Of a stretch of DNA of 64,000 nt, positions 24,030 through 36,607 are shown piece after piece. Numbering within the stretch: position 1 is the stretch's first letter; every line of letters starts with the position of its first letter. The DNA comes from Octopus sinensis. Taxonomy: Eukaryota. The DNA lies in the NCBI RefSeq assembly GCF_006345805.1, contig NC_043005.1, positions 43,710,001 to 43,774,000 on the forward strand, written 5' to 3'. The position numbers and the translations under genes are program-made. A model generated the notes under the pieces. That model did not search any database. It was given only the letters and a program-made list of their open reading frames with translations, and was not told the DNA's origin.

Positions 24030-25255
24030 CATTTTTATTTATATTATATAGAGGGTACTATTATTCATAGATACCGCACGCTAGGAGGGACTCTTGCAGT
24101 CAAAACTACTAAAATAAAATGTTCCGGATAGGCAAATTGTTACCGAAATGCATTGCGAATAAGCCCGCCATTTTCATAGATATGTAAAGATAAACATTCG
24201 TACATGCTACGACGAATTCTACGGTTGGCTGTCGGGTATGCTATATTGTGTTTTTTCCTTACATGTCTTGAGTTCATTGCACTGAAGAGCATAGAATGCA
24301 TATTCTGCATTGATTGCGAAATCACAGGTTATATGTAACTAAATTCTGTTTTTAAATGACTTGCTTTGAAGTTTTGCATTCGGTACAATTTGTTCATTGT
24401 AGTAGTTTTGACTGCAAGAGTCCCTCCTAGCATGCAGTACCTATGAATAATAGTACCCTCTATATAATATAAATAAATATTTTCAAAGTGGAAAAATTTA
24501 CAGATTTTTTCTCTTACGAGGTTTTTCACGCTAACAACTACTGATAATTTCTTATAAAGATTTTATCCTTTTTAAATTTATATTTTTCACCGGAATAGTT
24601 CAATACTGAATTTTTGTTCCGGATAGGCAAATTGTTACCGAAATGCATTGCAAATAAGCCCGCCATTTTCATAGATATGTAAAGATAAACATTCGTACAT
24701 GCTACGACGAATTCTACGGTTGGCTGTCGGGTATGCTATATTGTGTTTTTTCCTTACATGTCTTGAGTTCATTGCACTGAAGAGCATAGAATGCATATTC
24801 TGCATTGATTGCAAAATCACAGGTGATATGTAACTAAATTCTGTTTTTAAATGACTTGCTTTGAAGTTTTGCATTCGGTACAATTTGTTCATTGTAGTAG
24901 TTTTGACTGCAAGAGTCCCTCCTAACGTGTGGTACCTATGAATAATAGTACCCTCTATATAATATAAATAAATATTTTCAAAGTGGAAAAATTTACAGAT
25001 TTTTTTTCTTACAAGGTTTTTCACGCTAACTACTGATAATTTCTTATAAAGATTTTATCCTTAATTTTAAATATATATATATACATATATACGACGGGCT
25101 TCTTTCAGTTTCCATCTACCAAATCCACTCACAAAACTTTGGTCGGTGTGAGACTATAGTAGAAGACACTTGCCCAAGATGCCACACAGTGGGATTGAAC
25201 CCGGAACCATGTGGTTGGTAAGCTAGCTACTTACCACACAGCCACTCCTATGCCT
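23765..25255 (-). mobile_element. SINE family A split by a ~1.04-kb insertion in its central (TA)n
   Basis: 3' half at 23765-23980 and 5' half at 25091-25255, collinear with the intact copy at 22713-23132. Confidence 0.85.
24034..25062. mobile_element. Non-autonomous element with 78-bp inverted repeats and a 495-bp internal tandem duplication
   Basis: IR-L 24034-24111 versus IR-R 24400-24477 and 24895-24972; 24121-24570 is repeated at 24616-25062. Confidence 0.8.
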
Positions 25256-26486
25256 ATGTATATATATATATATATATACTCATACAGCCTCACATGCATG
25301 CTTCCACACCACCTCCCCCACAATTACTCAAGGACACACACGGACACACACACACACACGCATCATTTTACATCTCACAAACCAGAACCCCCAGACTTCT
25401 ATGCAGGAGTGGTTGCATGCTCATAAAATTTATTTTGCAACCACTTAGCTTCAGATTGGGTCCAACAGCATGGCATCTTTGGCAAGCCTCATGGGTTGAC
25501 CGATACCTTTTAAGTGAATTTGGTAGACAGAAACTGTGTGGAAGCCCATCACATATTCAGTGGAACTTTGGTTTATGAATGATTCTCATCATCAACAAAT
25601 TGATTTATGAACAATTTTCAAACATAAAACATCTTGGATGATGAATGGTGTTTTGAATAACAAACATGCAAAATGACAACAACAGTCGGTGACAAGCTAG
25701 AAATATCAGTAGGAGAGTGTCAGTTGCTCTCTAAGAAGAGCATCCAGCTGTAGAAACTCTGCCAGATCAGATCAGATTGGAGTCTGGTGCAGCCATCTGA
25801 CTCGCCAGATCGCCCAACCCATGCTAGCATGGAAAGCGGACGTTAAGCGATGATGATGATGATGATGATATATATATATCACCACCACCATCACCAACAC
25901 CACCACCATCATCATCATCATCATTATCATCATCATCATCATCATTATCATCATCATCATCATTTAATGTCTGCTTCCTATGCTGGCATGAGTGGTATGG
26001 CTTGACAGGAGCTGGCTAGGTAGAAGACTGCACCAGGCTTCAGTGCCTGTTTTGGCATGGTTTTTACAGCTGGATGCCTTTCCTAACACCAACCACCCTA
26101 CAGAATGGCATTATAAATATTTTGCGTCCAACCCTTGCCAACATGGAAAACGGGTCTTAATTGATGATGATTATATATATTATATATATGTATATGTATG
26201 TGTGCATGTGTGTGTGTATTTTTGCATTTATGTATGTATGTGTATGCATGTGTATCCTTGTTTTGAAATCGCATGACAATTCTAAATGTGTTTCACCATC
26301 ACACTAATGATGTCATACATTTCTAGTCTTTTACTGAAGCAAATATGGCCATGAGAAATTATTACCTTCATTGGAAACAAGTGAGAGTTAGTGACAGGAA
26401 CGGTGGAATCTTCTCCAAACAACAAATTCTGCCCAATCTACCCAGGCATGGAAAGTGGGCATTAAATTGATTATGTTGATGCATGT

Positions 26487-26838
26487 ATAAACGGTAAAGG
26501 ATAAAGACCCCCTTCGGTCATGAATGACCATAGGATTGCACCTAGAAAGTTAATCTCTGAGGTACAAGTCCAGGCAAGGTTGTTCATGGAAGACCAGCAG
26601 TCGCTCAAGCAAACCAGCCTCCCTTCTCCACATGACCGATGTTATCCAAGAGTAAGGCAAAGGCCAGTTCAGCTTGGCACCAGTGACGTTGCAACTCATT
26701 TCTATGACTGAGTGAACTGGAGCAATGTGAAATAAAGTGTCTTGCTCAAGAACACTACTCACACAGTCTGGTCCAGGAATCGAACTCACTACCTCATGAT
26801 TGTGAGCCTGACGCTCTGACCACTGAGCCATGCACCTT
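26487..26838 (-). mobile_element. Full-length tRNA-derived SINE (family D-type head)
   Basis: Head TGAAGGTGCATGGCTCAGTGGTCAGAGCG...GAGTTCGATTCC (A- and B-box); a plus-strand relative lies at 53058-53290. Confidence 0.8.
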
Positions 26839-27736
26839 CATGTATATGTATATGCATGTATATATGTATGTGTGTATATGTATGTATGCATATGTGTGTG
26901 TGTGTGCATGTATATATATGTATATCTGTGTGCACATGTGTGCATGTGTGTGTGTGTACATGCATATATATGTGTGAGTGTGTACATGCATATATGTTTG
27001 TGTGTGTATGTGCATATGCATGTGTATTTCTGCACAGAATTTTTCATATGACTTTAAGCACTCGTATGTCTGTATGTATGGATAGATTTTTTTTCTGTCT
27101 TTCCTAATTCTTTTTTTCCATTTTCTATTTCTTGAAATGTCAATAGTTCTTCTTTGGTTTCCATTTTTAGAAGGCAGTTCTTAGTCAAACGGTTTTTGTA
27201 ATAAAAATATTCTTCTTCAAGGTCGGTAATACAAATATTTAGTAATTCTAAGAGTCTGTTCTACATGGCCATCAATTTTACAATAATTCTTGATGAGAAG
27301 ACAGCACTCACAAGTCATTCCCTTGCCTGCTTTTGCAAACATCAAAACTATTTTGTCATCCAGCAACGATCTCAGGGATATCTCTTGAGAAAAAAAAAAA
27401 CAAATTCTATATAACAAAAATGCTTAGGTGATAGCTCTCATGTCTCATGTTATTAGATCAAATTGTGCCAAAATATGTCTTATTGCTTTTACCTTCTTTC
27501 AAAAATACACAAGCTGGTGCTTGTATGAGGCATCTAGTGATAAAAGAAAATATTTAGTTGAGATATTTAATCTTCAACATTGATTTTTTCGTTTTTTATT
27601 TATTTATTTTTTTGTCTTTGATTAAATAAGGAAAAACAAAATTTGAAAATACCTGTCTGCAAACAGTACTGAGAAGAATTGTTATAATGTATAATGTAGA
27701 AAACTTGTATGTGTAATGTTATGTTTGAAACTATTA

Positions 27737-27967
27737 TACAAGGGTGCGGGTGCTGAAATGTTCCTGGTTTTAAGGGTATCGCAAAAAGCCTGGTAGGAGG
27801 CCCAAACTTCCGAATTCTTTAAAAGGGCTTAGAAAAACTGAAGGTGAAAGACTGCTGTAATAAGTGTGTGAATCTGAGAGGGGAATATGTTGAATAAAAT
27901 CATAATTAACTAATCCTCCTGTATTTTCTTTTACTCAAAACCAGAAACTTTTCAGCACCCCCTCATA
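27737..27967. mobile_element. Mariner-type MITE
   Basis: TA termini and TIRs TACAAGGGTGCGGGTGCTGAAATGTTCCTGGTTTT / AAAACCAGAAACTTTTCAGCACCCCCTCATA. Confidence 0.85.
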
Positions 27968-28264
27968 ATGGAGGTATATGGAAATATTCACGATGAAGCA
28001 TACACAATTGTACACACACTTATGAAGGCAGTTTAATTTCTGCTTCCATTTCAACTAAATTTTTATGTGTCATGAAATTGAGTTCACGGTACTAATAGCT
28101 TTAATCATTAATGTATACATTGAACTTAAAAGACAACAGATAATATACCTAGCTAACATCAAAATCATAGTCATCTGCTAGGCTCCTTGGGAAATTTTTT
28201 TTTACAAAGAATTGGAAATCATTTATATTTTTTCATTTAATTATCAATATTTATACATTTTTAT

Positions 28265-28540
28265 ACAAAGACCAACTTAAAACAACACTGGAAACCACTA
28301 CACTTGAGCCTAAATAATTTGAAACACAAGCATAAGACCTTATCAAGTGGCAGTGTTCCATCACCATCAAAACCAAAAACTTCAAAACCACTAGAAGAGA
28401 AAAGGAAGAAATCAAACGACAGGAAAGAAAGGCTCAGCAAAATCAATGTTGTTCTCCACCAACATTGCCATGAGGTTAATGTCATTGACTCATCCATGCC
28501 AGAATTGGTCTATATAGTCATCAACACTATCACCATAAAG
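28265..28540 (+). mobile_element. RTE-clade LINE ORF2 C-terminal fragment
   Basis: Frame LKTTLETTTLEPK*FETQA*DLIKWQCSITIKTKNFKTTRREKEEIKRQERKA...LIHARIGLYSHQ matches the RTE/BovB-type C-terminus (D R..W...F...R...KR..RK...C..C...F.ARIGL.SH). Confidence 0.75.
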
Positions 28541-28729
28541 GAAGCATTCAGCAAAGAAGAAACTAAATTCTTAGATACAAGATAAAGCTGATGATGACTT
28601 CTTCTACACAAGTGGTATATCCTTGGTAAAGAAAAGATATAGTCCTCTCATGTATAGAATGGAAAGAAAGTTGTATGCAAAGAGCTGGAAGTAATAAAGT
28701 GCTGATATGTAAGGAACAACTATTGTTTG

Positions 28730-28990
28730 TTCCTTCTCGAGCCACGCCTGACTCATTAGGGCTGGTTTCCCGGTTTCCATGGTATATAGGTTCCCCACCT
28801 GGATGGGACGCAGGTCCATCGCAGGTGACCTGCAAGATGCAGGAGGAAAGAGTGAGAGAAAGTTGTGGCGAAAGAGTCAGCAAAAGTTTGTCATTACCTT
28901 CTGCTGGAACCTCATGTAGCTTAGATGTTTTGCTCATAAACACACACATCACCCGGTCAGAGATTTGACCACTAGGCCATGTGCCTCCAC
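28730..28990 (-). mobile_element. tRNA-derived SINE family D
   Basis: Head GGAGGCACATGGCCTAGTGGT on the minus strand; the body shares GGTTTCCCGGTTTCCATGG...CCCCACCTGGATGGGA with 36677-36920. Confidence 0.75.
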
Positions 28991-28994
28991 TAAG

Positions 28995-29121
28995 GAACTA
29001 TTATAGTTGAGATATAAATAGAACTGCTATAGTGGTCTTATATAGTGAACTATTATAGTTGTGGTATATAGGGAGCTGCTATAATGGTGCTATGTAGTGA
29101 ACTATTATAGTTGTGATATTC
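28995..29121. repeat. Degenerate 26-bp minisatellite with 52-bp A-B dimer periodicity
   Basis: Monomers at 28995, 29021, 29047, 29073 and 29099 alternate GAACTATTATAGTTG... and GA(A/G)CTGCTATA(G/A)TGG.... Confidence 0.85.
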
Positions 29122-29694
29122 AGAAAAGTGGTTTAGTCACTTATGATAACATAATCATTTAGCATTAACCAAAAGACAGACTCTAGTATTGTAATAAGTT
29201 TGATTAATATAAATTTATTTTCAAATTACTTCTGAAACAAGTATGAAAACATGAAACAGTATGTGTCACAGGAAAATTGTCTGAGACTGTCAGCAAAAAA
29301 TTGTTTATACTTGAATTAAGATCTCTCTAAAAAAATAAAAAGTCTTACTGTAACATAAATAACATTGTAAAATATTCAAGTTAGTCAATGCCAGCAAACT
29401 ATACCAATATATAAAGTTAGAGATGTTTTGCTAAGACTCTCCAAAATCTTAATTACATTGAAAATTAATTGAAACTCTGCAGCAATCTAGTTTGAATTGT
29501 AATCATTAAAGGGCTTTAACACTAAATGGTGATCATTAGTCTAAAATATTATAATCATTGTGTCAGTCTCCTAGTGAAGAAACGTATTTCTTTCTGATCA
29601 AAATATTTGCTCTGAATTCAAGGTTGAGCATCTAATAAGGGGAAGATATTTATTAATAAAGTCCTCTAACCTGGTATTAAGTACTTGTCTAGAT

Positions 29695-30145
29695 AGGCAC
29701 AAAAGTGGCTGTGTGGAAAGAAGTTTGCTTTCCAAAGATATGGCTCTGGGTTCAGTCCTACTGCGTGACACCTTGGGCAAGTGTCTTCTACTATAGCCTT
29801 GGGCAAACCAAAGCCTTGTGAATGGATTTGGTCAACAGAAACTGAAAGAAGCCTATCATGTGTGTGTGTGTGTGTCTGTGTCTGTGTATGGTTGTGTCTG
29901 TGCTTGTTACCCACCACCACCACCACCACCACCATTACAACCACCACTGCTTGACAGCTGGTGTTGGTGTGTTTACATCCTCATGACTTAAGGATTCAGC
30001 AAATAAGACCAATAGTATAAGTACTTCAAAGATAATAAGTGTTGGGGGTCAATTTGTTTTGACTAAAAACATTTTTCAAGGTAGTGCCCCAGCATGGCCA
30101 CAGTCTAATCGCTAAAACAAGCAAAAGATAAAATATAAAATAAAA
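29695..30145 (+). mobile_element. SINE family A, diverged full-length
   Basis: Head AGGCACAAAAGTGGCTGTGTGG, central (TG)n/(CAC)n, tail CCCCAGCATGGCCACAGTCTAA. Confidence 0.8.
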
Positions 30146-30959
30146 GATTTTGATAAAGGACCCAACAAACTATTTCACTCATAACAACATGTAAAAAGAA
30201 AACAACAAAAAACTGAAAATAAATTGCTATATCAGCGTTACAGAAACAATTTGAAAATATTTTCTCTTCTCATAAACAATTGTCTTTATTGGTGTTTGCT
30301 TTGTCTTTATCTCCCACTTCCTGTCTATAAAGCCTTCTCCACTACATTTATAAATCACCACTTCAACTTGTGGCATTTAAATGTTCTATGATATTTGTCA
30401 CCCAACATATTGACATTTGAGGAAAATTTGATATTTTCAATGTTAACATCAATTCCAACATTTAATATTTAGCAATCTTTTGTTTTGTTTTCACACTATT
30501 AAGGGACATCTTATTTGGAACTGATTTGTGGAATTTTATTCTCAAAAACAATTACATCATCCAGAATATGATGCTAACATGGGTTGAACAGGTCGCCTAC
30601 AGTGCAGTATATTAAGATTTCTTCCAATCTCACCAGTGAGGCCAAGCATTTTGAGATGTAACTTCATCTCTTTGTCTTGAGTACATTCCATTGCCAGCAT
30701 CCAGCACTTGTCCCGCTCCATTGATTATCCATTCATATCACATGTCTATATTAATGCTATCATTTCTCCTGCATTCTTCTGGCCAATGGCTTTACAATTT
30801 CATGCTTACTTATATCTTGCCTCCATTTTGATTCATATTTACTAAGACAACAGATCATACACAATTCATTTTTACTCAGCTTCTCCCCAAATTATTAATC
30901 CATAATTCTTATGTCTGACACTCAGACAATTACTTCACAGCTTTAAGGATCACACTGCC

Positions 30960-31235
30960 AAAAATATGGATGCCTGTTATTATTACTATAACTGGGTTCC
31001 AACCTAGGCCACAGCAACAGAGTCCAGTTGCCACACTTCAAAGTCCAATATCACTGCCCAAGATCCTGGATACATTCCAAGCCAATGTGTGCAATCGAGT
31101 TGTCAATGTATGTATGATGATGTTCTCTTCTTACATCACCATGAAGGGGGTTCCACAAGACTAATTTGGATACTTTCCAGTCCAGGTTAGCACATGCAGT
31201 GACCAAATAAAAGAAAACAGCTTGAAAAGACACAC
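30960..31235 (-). mobile_element. RTE-like LINE C-terminal fragment
   Basis: Translation CANLDWKVSKLVLWNPLHGDVRREHHHTYIDNSIAHIGLECIQDL resembles the RTE ..SKLVLW.P.HG.R.RGRP..TYID.L..DTGL motif. Confidence 0.65.
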
Positions 31236-31794
31236 ACCACTTGCATTTTGCATCCTAGAATCAATTATTTACACCTTGATTCCATATGCTCACATGTTTA
31301 TATGGACTTTTCATAAACTTATCACATGGTTTTGAGGTTTTCCATTTCAGTACCCATTTCCTTCTTCAGCTGAGCATTCCTAGTCTTGCAGGTTTGTAGG
31401 TGCTAGTATCACATAAAAAGCACCCATACTAGTGTCATGTAAAAGCATCCAACACACTCTGTATGGTGGTTGGTGTTAGGAAGGGCATCCAGCCGTAGAA
31501 ACCCTGCCAAAACTGATAATTGGAGCCTGGTGCAGCTCTCTTGCTTACCAGCTCCTGTCAAACCGTCCAACCCATGCCAGCATGAAAAATGGACATTAAA
31601 TGCTGCTGCTGATGATGATGATGATAATGATGAACTGTGGGTATATATTGCACATTTCATATTTCGCTTTTTACATTGCATTTCTTTTGGTTTTACATTC
31701 TATTTTATTTCATGCCTGTTCTTTACATACACCAACACAAATATCAACATGTTGTATCTACCATATTCTTACATTCTTTTTCATACACTTTAAA

Positions 31795-32663
31795 TGCATA
31801 ACTGTTGTAAGAGCTGGATGCTCTTGAATAGCCATGTTGAGTCATTCCATCTGTTGAACATAGAGCTCCGCATTGACCATTTGATTCCGTTCAAGCAATT
31901 CGTAATGGATAATCCCTTCCCAGTCCCACCATATGCACAACATCGTTTTATGCAGAGGAAGATCTTGTTTTACACATGGTGTCACTTGTTTACCAGGGCT
32001 AATCCATTCCTTACACTGCTTCATATTGATGTACAGGCACCATTTTTCATTGCCAGTAATTATTCGGTAAAGAAATCGTTACTTGTGTCCATGAGTTGAG
32101 CGGTGACGAGCAAGCAAACCAGCGGAGATTGTGACTCCTTGATTTTTGTTGTTGTCACTTTAAAGTATGCAGAACCCATGCTCCGTACTTCTGAACCTTT
32201 CCCATTGAGTGAAGATGCTTCTCGATAGCAGTGTGGGAGCATTCCATTTTCTCTGCCAGTTCCCTTGTCGTTTGACAAGAATTTTCATGCAAAAGTTGGT
32301 TTAATTGCTCTTCATCGAACTGAACTGGACGGCCAGAACGAGGTGCATCTTTGAGGTCAAAATTTCCATTTTTGAACTTGGCATACCAATCAGGAGTGGT
32401 TCTTTCAGCTATGGCACCCTCTCCATACACAGCACAGATGTCATGAGCAGCTTTTGCAGCCTTAGAACCTTGAATAAAAGCAAAAAGAAGGAGGTGTCGA
32501 AAATGCCTGTTTTTCTTAACTTGATCACTTTAATGATCTGAAAATAAACAAAAATTAACTAAAATTAACTAGAAAAAAAAAAGCAAAATGGATTCCAAAA
32601 TTTAAAAACACAATGAATTCCAAAATTTTAAAAAACGGCTGGAATTTAGTTGCCAACCCAATA
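31795..32663 (-). pseudogene. Truncated mariner element: 5' TIR plus frameshifted transposase pseudogene
   Basis: 5' TIR TATTGGGTTGGCAACTAAATTCCAGCCGTTTTTT ends at 32663. Translation includes HFRHLLLFAF...YGEGAIAERT...FKNGNFDLKDAPRSGRP (HTH), GAWVLHTL (WVPHEL motif), RIITGNEKW (first catalytic D mutated to N) and MLCIWWDWEGIIHYELL. The rest of the DD34D domain and the 3' TIR are absent. Confidence 0.92.
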
Positions 32664-32678
32664 CATATATACATATAC

Positions 32679-32712
<34 letters not shown>

Positions 32713-32744
32713 TGTTAATCCAAACAAGAAAGCACAAAAAAACA

Positions 32745-32920
32745 CAACACGAGGACATGGAACAGATATAGTATTATTGGACGCTCAGGAAGGAAGGGAA
32801 GAAGGAGGGTTTAACGTTTCGAGCGGAGCTCTTTATCGGTAACATAGGAGAAGGAAAGATTCAGAGAAGGGAAGACAGAGGAAAAAAATCGCCAACGGGA
32901 CACACGCGGTCACATTTTGA
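32745..32920 (-). mobile_element. Penelope-like terminus with degenerate hammerhead motif
   Basis: The minus strand reads GTTA-CCGATAA-A-GAG-CTCCG-CTC-GAAA-CGTT-AAAC: hammerhead layout with a mutated core. Confidence 0.45.
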
Positions 32921-33214
32921 AAAAATATATATATATATATATTCAGTTTCCATCTACCAAATCCACTCATAAGGCTTGGCTTGGAGCTATAGTAGAAGAC
33001 AATTGCCTAAGTTGCCACACAGTGGGACTGAACCTGAAACCATTTGGGTGGGAAGCAAGCTTCTTACCATACACCCACATACAAGACAAGCTGTAGATAA
33101 TGGTCATTACATATTTTTCTTTTATGATCATTATTTATACCTTGTCATGTATATCACTCTGTGTAAAAACCAGTATAACAAGGAATACAACCACAGGGTA
33201 ACAATATAGAATGA

Positions 33215-33590
33215 TGATGAACTCTGACCTTGAACCCTGCCAGAAGAACACCTTCAATCACATCAATTATCCTTACTTTCAAGTCTTCTAAAGATTGAGG
33301 CTTAGTGAACTAAACAATACTTTTCCCATGTCCTTATCAAAAGAAATCCAATGGAGTCAAAGCTGGTGAACATGGAAGGCCAAAGTAATGCCCCACATCT
33401 CCCAATCCATCTGTTAGGGAATTTCTCATTTAGAAACTGCCTAACTTGCAGAGCAAAGTGTAATCTCTATCTTGTTGCAAAACTGTAATCTCTATCAGTT
33501 TTAATTGTTCAAGCTTAGGAATGAAGTAATTCTATAGCATTGCACCATGACTGTATACAGAACGCTGTGTATACAGTTTCTGTTAACTAA
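33215..33590 (-). pseudogene. Tc1/mariner-superfamily transposase C-terminal (DDD/E) fragment
   Basis: Across frameshifts it reads LQQD...FLNEKFPNRWIGRCGALLWP / CSPALTPLDFF**GHGKSIV*FTKPQSLEDLKVRIIDVI, matching the QQDGA...WPPRSPDLTPLDFFLWG motif. Confidence 0.8.
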
Positions 33591-34589
33591 ATCTCATGGG
33601 CAGGATTGTGAGAAGAAACTTGTGAACCTCTTAACCACATGGTCATTCTTACACTGAATTCTGTTCCCTAAGATTCTAGACACACAAAAAAAATAATAAA
33701 TAAAACTTATGGAACCAATGTTCCTCAGAAATATTGATTTCAGATTTTGGCATATGGCCAGCAGGTTTGAAAAAGGGGCTAAGACGATTATATTGACCCG
33801 AGTGCTCAACTGGTACTTACTTTATCGATCCAGAAAGGATGGAAAGCAAAGTGGATTTTGGCGAATATATACTCAGAATATAAAGATGGACAAGATGCCA
33901 CTAAGCATTCTGCCCAGTATGCTAACAATTCTGCCAGCTCACTGCTTTGTTCCTTAAAAATATTAAGTCTTGGACTAAGTTTTTTTTTGGCAGGGAGTAC
34001 ATTCTGCCTATTCACATCAGATGTTATTTTTCATTTTTCATATTTAGAGTATCTTCATCCCACATAGGGGTCAAACAAGCTAAGCAACTTTCTACATTAT
34101 CCTAATATTTATTCATTCTGCTTTATAAATGTTTATCTTTTCTTTACTTCCACATCTGGAAGTTTATCACGTTAAACATAGCCTAGACCAATATTGGCCA
34201 CCCAACTAAATTTATATCTTTGAACTCTGCAGTGAACCATAGATTTTTCCATTTGGAAAATGTTTGGAACTAAATATCTAATGAGGTTACTTACTGTCTG
34301 CTGATACATTTATTAAAAATATGATATAGTTCTTATCGAAAATCAAAACTGAGTCATTGGCATCTGACCTAAATTATGTAAACAGAGCAGGAATTAATAT
34401 GAAGAAAATAGGGCCATACTATAAAGAATGTCATGGCTTATTTATGGAGTTATGATAGAGGGTATGATTTGTAGGAAATCTATTGAGACATTCATTGATT
34501 CGCTGTTTGTAGTACTGTATGAGAGTGAGTGTTATACTGTATGGCAGTGTGATTTAGAATCTGACAACAACGTATACTGCAATGGGTGG

Positions 34590-35780
<1,191 letters not shown>

Positions 35781-35947
35781 AGTTCATCTGAAGTAGTTAA
35801 GAACATGTAGTACATCTCTTCCATCATCGTTTGGAGATATAATAAGAAAAAGAAAAGAAATAAATGATGAATTTAATAACCTGCTGTCTTTCGATAAGGA
35901 GGAGGAGGAGGAGGGGATTAGGAGGATGGTGGTGGCAATTGTAACGT

Positions 35948-35985
<38 letters not shown>

Positions 35986-36375
35986 ACTCTTATACACCAC
36001 TAGGACCGTGGATGAGAGAGAGAAACAATCGCAAAGACATATATATAATATGTGGGCAGTTACATAAAACAATTTGGACAAGGAAATGGAAAAAAAGCAA
36101 AATGAGCTACAAATAAACATTGTATAGAAATAAATCCTTTCTGTTGTAAGCACAAAGCCTGAAATTTTGCGGAGGAGTGAGCTAATAGATTAGTTCAACC
36201 CCAGTGCTCATTCGATACAAATGTCACTGACCCCCGAAAGGATGGAAGGCAAAGTTGACCGTGGAAGGGTTTGAACTCAGAACATAAAGACAGGCTAAAT
36301 ACTGCTGATCCTTTTGTCTGTCATGCTAACAATACAATTCTGCCGACTCACAGCCTTATGGTATACAAATAAGGG

Positions 36376-36607
36376 AAGGTGGTGAGCTGGCAGAAGCGTT
36401 AGCACACCAGGCAAAATACTTAGCGGTATTTCGTCTGCCGCTATATTCTGAGTTCAATTCCACCGAGGTCGACTTTGCTTTTCATCCTTTCGAGGTCGAT
36501 TAAATAAGTACCAGTTACGCACTGGGGTTGATATAATCGACTTAATCCGTTTGTCTGTCCTTGTTTGTCCTCTCTGAGTTTATCCCCTTGTGGGTAGTAA
36601 AGAAATA
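36376..36607 (+). mobile_element. SINE family B with 16-bp TSD
   Basis: GGTATACAAATAAGGG at 36360-36375 and 36608-36623. Confidence 0.9.

Noticed and set aside
27217-27417. Minus-strand ORF behind a poly-T acceptor-like tract
   Set aside because: No homology recognised, and it would create a TGA stop if spliced to the 45668 candidate donor.
28304-28585. 93-aa Lys/Ser-rich ORF that looked like a 204-nt exon
   Set aside because: An overlapping frame matches the RTE LINE C-terminus (HARIGLYSH), so it is a transposon relic.
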